Shown piece by piece: positions 55,881 through 64,000 of a stretch of DNA of 64,000 bases (positions are counted from its first letter, which is position 1; each line of letters starts with the position of its first letter). Origin of the DNA: Cyanidioschyzon merolae (taxonomy: Eukaryota); assembly GCA_000091205.1 (NCBI GenBank), contig AP006502.2. One strand, given 5' to 3'. Made by a program: the position numbers and the translations under genes. Under the pieces are notes generated by a model, which searched no databases, was not told the DNA's origin, and worked only from the letters and a program-made list of their open reading frames with translations.

Positions 55881-56503
55881 TGTTCCTGCAGCGGCGGCGG
55901 TGCGCGCCGCTGTGCTCGCGGCGGCATCTCGCCGAGCGTCGCCCCGAGCACAACCGATGCGCGCGTGCGCAGCAGTGCCACGAAGCGGACGACGCAGGCA
56001 TCATACGAGAGGATCGACTTTGTGGCATTACTGTTTGTTGCTCAGAGCGTGCTTCTTGCGTATCTGTACGTTTCGAAAGCCTGCATTACACACCGACACT
56101 TTTGAAGCATGTTTGTGAACGGCTCACTTTCAGTAAAGGTCAAGAAGGGAGCAGCTTCAGCATCAGTGGCACGTGCCGCAGCGCACACGCGTCGAACAGC
56201 TGGTGTCGCTACAGCAAAGCGTACAGGTGCTACGCGTTCGCCTGTGCAAATGGTTCTTGCTCCACACGTCGCGCAGCCGCTGGAGACAGTGGTAGCTTTT
56301 GCGAACACACAAAGTACCAGCTTGCTCACAGCAGCAAATGAAAGCGACTTTGGCGGTTATTTCATTCCGGCGATATCGCTCATCATACTCGGTGCGATTA
56401 TCCTGGCGCTCTCGCCACCACTGCGTGACTAGGGCGTCGGAACGTAGCCGAGCGGGCCTGGTCATCGCGTTTACCGGGTGATGCGTATGGGATAGTTTCA
56501 GTT

Positions 56504-57829
56504 TTACACGTTAAAGCGAAACAGTATAACGTCGCCCTCTTGCACCACATAATCCTTTCCTTCAGCACGGACGAGTCCCTGCTCCCGCGCACTCGTCAAG
56601 CTACCTGCCTTCACTAGATCCACGAAGGATACAGTTTCCGCGCGGATAAAGCCCCGTTCAAAGTCCGAGTGAATCACACCGGCCGCCTGGGGCGCCTTGG
56701 TGCCCCGCGGAATCGTCCATGCGCGCGTCTCCTGCGGTCCGCAGGTAAAGAACGTGCATAGCCCGAGCGTCTCGTATGCGGCACGAACCAAAGCCCGTAA
56801 GCCTATATTTTGGAGATCGTTGATGCCTAGCGATTCCAAGTACTGCTCTCGCTCGAGCGGTGGAAGCTCTACAAGCTCGCTCTCCAGTTGCGCCGACACC
56901 GCCACAACAGGGGCCTGTTCGAGTGCGGCGTATTCGAAGACCTCACGCACGAGCGCAAGCGGGCTTTCGTTATCCGGCCAGACATTTGCCTGCATTTTCG
57001 CCTTCGCCAGCGTTTCTGTGGCAGCAGCAAGCACGCTGTCGGCAACATTCGCAGCATAGATGACCGGTTTGGCGGTCAGCAGACCCAGGCGACGTAGGGC
57101 CTGTCGCTCATCCACGGTGCAGTCGGATAAAGAACGCCTGATCGGCATCCCAGCATCTAGCGCCTTCGTGACGCGCTCGAGTGCACTGCGTTCGGTGTCC
57201 TCGGCCAACTGACTCGAGGTCATCGTGCCCGCGCCTGCTGAACGGCGCGAGCTACCCGGCTTTCGCAGGCGCTCAAGCCTCTTCTCCACCATAGCCAAGT
57301 CGGCTAGCATAAGCTCTGTATCAATGGTTTCAATATCTTGCTTGGGATGGACATGACCAGCGACATGCACCACGCGTTCGTCCATAAAACATCGAACGAC
57401 ATGCACAATCGCATCACATTCACGGATATGCGAGAGGAATCTGTTGCCGAGGCCTTCGCCCCGCGATGCGCCCTTCACCAGACCTGCAATATCTACAAAC
57501 TCCAAGTAAGTGGGGACGATGCGGCTGGAGCCGCCGATCTCCGATAGCACCTCGAGACGGGAGTCGGGCACCGTAACTACCCCAATATTCGGCTCGATCG
57601 TGCAGAAGGGAAAGTTGGCTGCCTCTGCTTTCGTCTGCTCGCACAGTGCATTGAAAAGCGTCGATTTGCCTACGTTCGGCAAGCCAACTATTCCGGTTTG
57701 GAGCTTGCAACGCAAGGAACGGCTGGACGCCAGTGACGCAGGTCTAGAGCGGTATCGTGCCTGGGTTTGTCTCACGGCTACTGGTCGTGCCCAGGCCGCT
57801 GTGGTGACTATCCCAGCGAAGCCGAGCAT
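56504..57829 (-). CDS. ychF: Obg-like ATPase YchF/OLA1 with an N-terminal presequence, probably organellar.
   Basis: Motifs are [17 protein letters not shown], ..FCTIEPN.G.V.VPD.RL.., ..[21 protein letters not shown].. and a C-terminal TGS domain (..[19 protein letters not shown]). About 40 aa of R/S-rich sequence lead the ORF. Confidence 0.9.
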   Translation of the reverse strand: MLGFAGIVTTAAWARPVAVRQTQARYRSRPASLASSRSLRCKLQTGIVGLPNVGKSTLFNALCEQTKAEAANFPFCTIEPNIGVVTVPDSRLEVLSEIGGSSRIVPTYLEFVDIAGLVKGASRGEGLGNRFLSHIRECDAIVHVVRCFMDERVVHVAGHVHPKQDIETIDTELMLADLAMVEKRLERLRKPGSSRRSAGAGTMTSSQLAEDTERSALERVTKALDAGMPIRRSLSDCTVDERQALRRLGLLTAKPVIYAANVADSVLAAATETLAKAKMQANVWPDNESPLALVREVFEYAALEQAPVVAVSAQLESELVELPPLEREQYLESLGINDLQNIGLRALVRAAYETLGLCTFFTCGPQETRAWTIPRGTKAPQAAGVIHSDFERGFIRAETVSFVDLVKAGSLTSAREQGLVRAEGKDYVVQEGDVILFRFNV

Positions 57830-60800
57830 GGTGCTTTGCGGACGTCACCGTTCGCAAGGGTTTCAAAAGTCGGCGTCGCTGGCCAGCACCCAGGAACACC
57901 GCAGTCAAACGCGCCACCGGATGCTCCAGTTGATATTCAGAGAGCGCGCCCTGAGTACTCTGTGGTCGTAAGCGTCGATTCTGCAGCGCAGCACGCCACC
58001 CCAACGTGTACAACGTGTGTGAAGCGACTTCACGTTGCAGTACAACGGAGCGCCTGCAAGAGCACAGGTTCAAGTAGGCAACGCAGTGCAGCTGCCGACT
58101 TGCCGCAACGCAATGCAGCGCGACGTGCCGAGTCTGACGGCGTTACAGCCAGCGTGTTGCTGCTCAAGCGGTCCTCGATGCACTGCCTGCTGGAATACCT
58201 TTCCATGCAGGTCCTTCTTGTTTTTCGTTTGGTTTTCTCGCAGGTACTCACTGAAAGGAATTTATTGGGTTGCTTGGGGAAAAGTTGCGTAAAGACTTGA
58301 TCCTGTAAATACTAGCTTGCGAAGACGCAGACTCATTTGCACAAGTCAGCAATTCTGCGGGCAGCACGTGGATGACGCACCCTGTTCGTCGACGTTATCC
58401 TGAACGCCGCGCACTCAAAACATAACCTGTGGAACTCTATGTACACGGCCATCTCCTCGTCCATACATGCTACTCGAGACGTTTTCTACCGAATAATACT
58501 AGAGAAACCACAGGTACTGAAGTGTCCACAACATTGAAACGAACGATGACGAAGGGACACCGATGGAGAACGGAAACAGGTGCGCTTCTGCTGGAGATCG
58601 TCGTGCGTTGAGCAACAAACGATCGATGTCGCACTGAAACGCGATCGCTCAGTCCAACACGAACGAGTTTTCGACTCAGTCTACGAGACCTCGTTGGGAG
58701 AAACGCCAGACCGATACATGCGGTACTCCAAACGGGCTAATCATCTGACCGAATCGGAGAGACAAGCGAGCGTCTCGAAAATGTCATTCCGAGCGGCGAT
58801 TCAATCGACAGGTCACCTGTGAAGCGACAAGCGATCTTTTCTGTTCAGCAATGCGTCCATCATCGAGGCGGCCCGGTGGCTTCTCCGCCGCGCATTCCTC
58901 TGTCTCGCTCGTACACATCGTCGCTTTCCATCATTCACAGGCGGTGAACGAGTACGCAGCTCCGATTCGCGTTGAACCGGTCGTCGTGTTAACCTATTCT
59001 CTCAGGTTCACTTGACTCGAATGCATCGTGTCTACTGTAGCAACGCCATTTTGACGCTCGCGAATCATTGGATGAGTCACTCGCATCCGTGGCACCGTTC
59101 TTCGACAAGTGGTTCGATACCTTCACCAGTCTTGGACTGGTATATTGCCGGCCTGCTCGTGGGCCGGAAGGAGCGAAAAGATGCACTCCGGTCCATGGCC
59201 GTGCACGCAACGGAACAGGTGACGAAAAACTGCATGTGAGGAAGTTGAGATACATGCACGAAAAAGGCGAGTTTCGGTGCTACTGCCCAACCTGCGCATC
59301 TGAATCCCGAGTGAAAACGGATATTGGATAGATTCAGCACATCCATGCAAACCGGCTGCGCAAAGGAACAGATGAAGAAGGTGGCGGTAACTACGAGCAA
59401 GTATGATAAAGCCTTTGCACAATTTTGTGTGCAGCATTCGCTTAGCTCGTTCAAGGGTTCTCGTTTAAAGTGAGAATATGGAAATAAGTTGGCGTGGATG
59501 ATGGAGACCGAGGGGATATCCATCCGCACGCACTCTGTTCGACCGAAGCCAATGTCGAGGAACGAGACCCCTCGTCCATCGTTCAAGCTTGAGGAAGAGA
59601 ATGACGCTTTCGTGAGCGTGCTTCTCGGATTTCAGGAAATAATCGCCGCCACCCCACCTCTGTATGAAGACAACGGAGCCAGAAACCAGAATGGAAACCA
59701 CATGAAGCTGCTCAAACATTGACGGGACTCGTTATGATCGGGGATCGGTCACGATGACCCCCAAGAGGCATGCCCGCAGTAGAGTGAGCGTGCCAAGACG
59801 CATGCCGACGCCCTCAGTACAGCACCGGGCAGCGGCAGATGCCTTGCGCCCTGCATTCAGAGAGAGCACACACACGAGCGCTCAAACGAAGCATGCGGAC
59901 GACGTATGCTGGGCGATCATGAGACCGCTCGGGATTCGTCAACGATGTCGATTTTACGGATGCAGGAAGCAGGTATTCGCCAAATTTTCGAATGTGTCGG
60001 AGACGGCAATGACGAACAAGTTGGATCGTTTCGTGGCAGCCTATGGCGCTGGACGCAGTGTGACGCCCAGAGCAGCACTCCTGTATCTTCGACGAGCGCG
60101 TACACCGAGTGCTGGAATCGATGGTATACGATTCCTGTCGATGCGCTCCCTAACGACATACACGCATCACAGCGACGGATGCACACACGGAAACAGACGG
60201 ATAAGAAGAGACGGAAATCGACATGGACACACGAAACGCTGGGCGGTAAACTCTGACCGAACATCAAATGGCGAAGCACTCGAAAACGAGGCGCTCGCGA
60301 TGGTGTAACACGACCAGCAACCCGACGTGCAAGCATGTTCTGCGTACCCCGAGACCTGAGCGCCCCGCTCAACGCCTGCAAAAGTATCGTACGTACGGAG
60401 CGCTCAGCAGGTTTGTTTCAAGCGATACTTCGAAGGCATCGCACAGTGCATCGTGCGGGCATTGTGCTAGAACGCCGATGACTTGCGATGGAACGAGTCA
60501 GTGGCCAGAAGCGAGAGCATCGGATTCTTGCCTTGAGCAAAGCACGCGCATGGTACGGTTCAGGTATCCGTGAGAAAGGCCAAAACGCGCGGCATATACG
60601 TCTACATGGATCGGGAACGATTTTCCCGGTCAATAGTTGAACCATGATATTGTTCCGGTATACGACACCAGCGAGTCTATGAAGCTTAGAATCTATGGAT
60701 GTACGACGGAGCAAGCATGCATATCCGAAGACGCGCCCAGGTTACCATCGAGAGCAACTCGGCCGAGTGCCAAGTCAACCGAATACGTCTGCTGCAACAC

Positions 60801-61153
60801 GAACCTCCGAGAGACGCCCTTCACGTCAAGATTCGAAGCTGCTGCTGCTGCTACTGCTGCTGCTGCTGGTAAAGTATGTTCAGCGCGAATCACCAACGCC
60901 TCCGCTTGCCAACGCTCGCGTCGAGCAGGCAGTCATCCGGCCCTGGAGCAGCGGCTGCTATCGACAACGCCAGCAGTTCTGAAGCAGCTCCATAGTGAAT
61001 TCAGCTTTACGGGTCCTGGGCTACATCCGTAATCAAGTCACCGAGGGGGCGAGTTTCAGGTGCAAACGATCACGAAACGCGTCGCTGCCGGCACCAGCGT
61101 CGCGCATGGAACGAAAGCGCTCCACGTAAACCTTGCCCCAGCTTGCAGCGCTA

Positions 61154-63982
61154 TCAGACTCGAGCGGCGCTGTTGCTCGTCACTTCCAAGCGCACAAACG
61201 GATGCTTCAAGAGGTCCGCAGCACTCGGACGCTTGGATGGTTCCCATACCCAACACGCTTTGAGAAAGGAGGCGCACTCAGCGGATAGGTTCGGGGGTAT
61301 TGGTGGCATGCGATCTTGGACCATTCGAAAAAGTGCTGCCATGGCATTGAGCGTGTGATACGGTCTGCGACCGGTGGCGAGCTCCAGCACCGTGCACCCG
61401 AGACTCCAGATATCCACGCTGTGATCATAGGGTCGTCCTTCAATCATTTCCGGTGCAATGTACCAGGGCGTTCCGACCATGGTGTGTCCGCTGCCGGCAG
61501 TCTGCAGATCAACACATGAACTCACGCCGAAGTCGGTAATTTTCACCATTCCGTTCTGGTTCACCATGATATTTCCCGGTTTCAGGTCGCGATGCGTGAC
61601 CCCGTGGGAATGCAGGTATCGCAGACCGTGCAGCACCTGACGCGTGATTTCGCGTACCAGCGGCTCGTGGAACTCGTTGAACTGGGCCAAGTGTTCTGCG
61701 AGCGACCACCCGTCCACATATTCAATCACGAGGTTCAGATCGCCCTTCTCGCCGATAAATGACCCCTTGTACTCGACAATGTTCTCGTGCCGTAAACGTT
61801 GCCACAGACGCTGCTCCTTGAAGGCCCTCGGATCCACGGTGTAGAGCGTCTGGCCGCTATCCACCGCGTGGAACGATTTGATGGCCACGATTTCGTTGGT
61901 TCGAACGTTGCGTGCCATGTAGACGACACCGTAACCACCGCGACCGAGAACCTGGCCCAGCTCAAAGGTATCTACGGTGTAGAAATGATCTTTCTGGGCA
62001 TTCGCTAGCGGTCGCATGGTCACCGTTCGACCGGTCGACTGGAATGCACCAACGGACGGCCGCAGTGGTCTACATTTGAGTGATAGCGGTGCTAGCGCAG
62101 AGACCTGTCCTTCCACAGCTACCGAGGCAAGGTTGTTGCTCTTTGAGCGTTGCCCCTCGGGTGCGCTCCGGACAAGCGCAGATCGCAGGTCGATGAGTGC
62201 TGCCTCAGAGCGTCCACTCTGAACGCTTCGTATCGAGCACTGACGCAGGTGCGTCAGGAGTGTTTGTCGAATATCGCTGCCCGCACGGGCAAGAACGATG
62301 AGTGCACGGCGAGTCTCGGAGCTGAGCTCCCCGGCGGGTTTCGCAAGCTCCAGTATCGACAGCAGGGGCAGGTCAACGCTCAGAGAGGCAGCAACGCGAG
62401 CGGTCGCAGCCTCGAGACACAGGTTCGCCAGCGCCCTGCAAGCGTCTGCCAGGGGGTTTGTGGACGCAGACTCGAAATAGTGCGTAGCCTGTCGCTGCTC
62501 GCACTGCTCGATGAAACGACAGAGCGTTTGCGTGACGAGGGGCCAGTTACGGGCAGCTGCACGACCGCGTGCGGTTGCACCCAAGTTGCCAAACGCTCGA
62601 CACGCTTCGGCAATGGTGTCGCTAGCACGGAAGACGTGCGAATGGTCTGCAGAGGGGGCACGGTCGAACTCGTGCCAAAGCTGACCGCTCGCAAGTTCGG
62701 ACGCGATGAGCCTGGCAAGTGCGGGAAACACCCCGATATCTATCAAGTAGTCGTGGACAGCACCGCTCTGAAGCGATAACTCGGCAATAATGCTGGCAAC
62801 ATGGAAGTTGAACTCGGCTCGCTCTGCTGGCTTGCGGAAGGCATCAATGTGTCGAAGAATCGCCTTGATGCACTTGGCCTTCACCAGTGCGAGTGCGCAC
62901 GGTGGCTCCTGGGCGATGTTTCCGAAGGCTCCGGTCGCTTCAACCATCGCGCCCTGCATGATTTCATGTTCGACCAGGACCTGGGGGGCGGATAACACCT
63001 GCACGAGCGCGGGGATAACGCCCAAACGGACCATTCCTTCGGCAGTGCGCGGACTCCCAGCCGTGAGATTCCGGAGCGCGCGTGTCGCTGAGGCCAATGT
63101 GGAGAGTAGCACCCCGAGCGCAGCGCTCGCTCCGCACTCTACCAAAGACGTTGTGGTGCGGGTTGCAGTGGCAAGCTCTGGAATCACGGAACGCACAAAT
63201 CCAATGAGTGCAGATGGTGCGTCGGCACGCACCAGCTTTTCTTCAAGCTCTTCCAGTACCGACAGCTCCGCCAGCGCAAAGGCTGCATGCGACTTGCCTA
63301 GATCAGAAGTCTTCGCGTCACGCAGCGCCGACACCAGGAACGGGATCGCCTCGCGCTCGACGAGCTTTCGACGTGCCTCATCGCTCCGAGCAGCGATTCG
63401 TGCCACTCGCAGCAGCTGGACCTCGGCTTGCGGAGCTGCCCAGTTCTCCACAGGCGTGTTCGAGCTGCAGCCGTTTCCAATACTGCTGGATGATGCTGAG
63501 TCCGTTCTCCGGTGCCCAGCGTCGGCGTCGGCTCGCGCACTGGCCTCCTCCGCCGCAGCCCGCACACTCGTCGGAACCTGACGCGGCACCAGCGAGCGAC
63601 GGCGAGCAGAGCCCGACGCCCCTACCGCCCCCTTGACGCTGGCAACTGGTATAGACTGCTCGCTGGGACGTTGAGACGCCTGCTGCTGAAGGAGGCGCTG
63701 CCCGGCTTTGGCCGGTTGAGAAGTCTCACCGGGTTTTCGCCCACCAACGTCGGCGCGCGCCACCTGTCGTGCACGCACCGGAGCCGCATCCCCACTTTTC
63801 GATCCTTGCAACCCGTGAACGGGAACAGCTGCAGGCGCGCGTGCTGCTGCAGTTTCGATCGAGCGCCCCGAGCGCTTCCCCGCAGCTCCCTTGCTCTGCT
63901 CTTTATGCACTTCCTTCGGGTGCTTTTTCTTGCCGATAGTAAAGAATCCCATGAGGATCTCCGTTTTGCAGGTAGCTTGCAA
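61154..63982 (-). CDS. Ser/Thr protein kinase (STE/MAP3K-like) with N-terminal armadillo/HEAT repeats and a C-terminal kinase domain.
   Basis: Kinase subdomains are present: GRGGYGVVY, AIK, HRDLKPGN, DFG, GTPWYIAPE, DIWSLGC. The N-terminal ~550 aa are repetitive, helical and ARM-like. The start lies near the window edge. Confidence 0.85.
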   Translation of the reverse strand: MQATCKTEILMGFFTIGKKKHPKEVHKEQSKGAAGKRSGRSIETAAARAPAAVPVHGLQGSKSGDAAPVRARQVARADVGGRKPGETSQPAKAGQRLLQQQASQRPSEQSIPVASVKGAVGASGSARRRSLVPRQVPTSVRAAAEEASARADADAGHRRTDSASSSSIGNGCSSNTPVENWAAPQAEVQLLRVARIAARSDEARRKLVEREAIPFLVSALRDAKTSDLGKSHAAFALAELSVLEELEEKLVRADAPSALIGFVRSVIPELATATRTTTSLVECGASAALGVLLSTLASATRALRNLTAGSPRTAEGMVRLGVIPALVQVLSAPQVLVEHEIMQGAMVEATGAFGNIAQEPPCALALVKAKCIKAILRHIDAFRKPAERAEFNFHVASIIAELSLQSGAVHDYLIDIGVFPALARLIASELASGQLWHEFDRAPSADHSHVFRASDTIAEACRAFGNLGATARGRAAARNWPLVTQTLCRFIEQCEQRQATHYFESASTNPLADACRALANLCLEAATARVAASLSVDLPLLSILELAKPAGELSSETRRALIVLARAGSDIRQTLLTHLRQCSIRSVQSGRSEAALIDLRSALVRSAPEGQRSKSNNLASVAVEGQVSALAPLSLKCRPLRPSVGAFQSTGRTVTMRPLANAQKDHFYTVDTFELGQVLGRGGYGVVYMARNVRTNEIVAIKSFHAVDSGQTLYTVDPRAFKEQRLWQRLRHENIVEYKGSFIGEKGDLNLVIEYVDGWSLAEHLAQFNEFHEPLVREITRQVLHGLRYLHSHGVTHRDLKPGNIMVNQNGMVKITDFGVSSCVDLQTAGSGHTMVGTPWYIAPEMIEGRPYDHSVDIWSLGCTVLELATGRRPYHTLNAMAALFRMVQDRMPPIPPNLSAECASFLKACWVWEPSKRPSAADLLKHPFVRLEVTSNSAARV

Positions 63983-64000
63983 AACAGCGACCAGCCTGTT

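Noticed and set aside
55534-56341. Plus-strand ORFs of 194 and 223 aa in the GC-rich low-complexity region.
   Set aside because: They contain the (TGCTGCTGCC)n repeat, are A/R-rich, and lie in the intergenic interval between two minus-strand genes.
1-64000. CRISPR arrays, rRNA genes and prokaryotic operon structure.
   Set aside because: There are no arrays of three or more regularly spaced repeats and no rRNA-like conserved stretches. Gene organisation and content are eukaryotic, with monocistronic, targeting-peptide-bearing nuclear genes.

Overview
This 64-kb window looks like nuclear DNA from a GC-rich, intron-poor eukaryote. About 20 protein genes lie on both strands, at roughly one per 3 kb, and all read as single uninterrupted ORFs. 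The best-supported are RLP24, an iron-sulfur-type APS/PAPS reductase, class II DAHP synthase, ALG2 mannosyltransferase, MetAP1, CbbX, a DDX3/Ded1 helicase, kynurenine 3-monooxygenase, an ELO elongase, PPAT, an ABC1/UbiB kinase, NRAMP, YchF/OLA1 and an ARM-repeat Ser/Thr kinase. Nuclear CbbX, plant-type DAHP synthase and a bacterial-type APS reductase together suggest a red-lineage alga (Cyanidiales-like); that is an inference, not a database match.

The most striking feature is a compositionally distinct AT-rich island (~47.3-50.0 kb). It carries a Fanzor/TnpB-like gene, the eukaryotic homologue of OMEGA RNA-guided nucleases. Its RuvC-I DPG motif, a TS motif and a canonical RuvC-III RDLNAAINV are all visible, but the reading frame is broken by in-frame TAA and TAG codons and by a frame change before RuvC-III. 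That points to a pseudogene or to tiny introns. A possible guide-RNA region lies between it and the adjacent NRAMP gene.

The island sits inside a ~10-kb segment bracketed by two 778-bp direct repeats that are ~99% identical. Elsewhere there is a degenerate mariner-like transposase remnant in a second AT-rich block (~31-33 kb). There is also a ~100-bp conserved non-coding element shared by the upstream regions of the DDX3 and KMO genes, a 76-bp tandem duplication, and several microsatellites and low-complexity coding tracts.

I found no rRNA, convincing tRNA or CRISPR array. The ORF track sometimes uses non-ATG starts, so gene starts are approximate.
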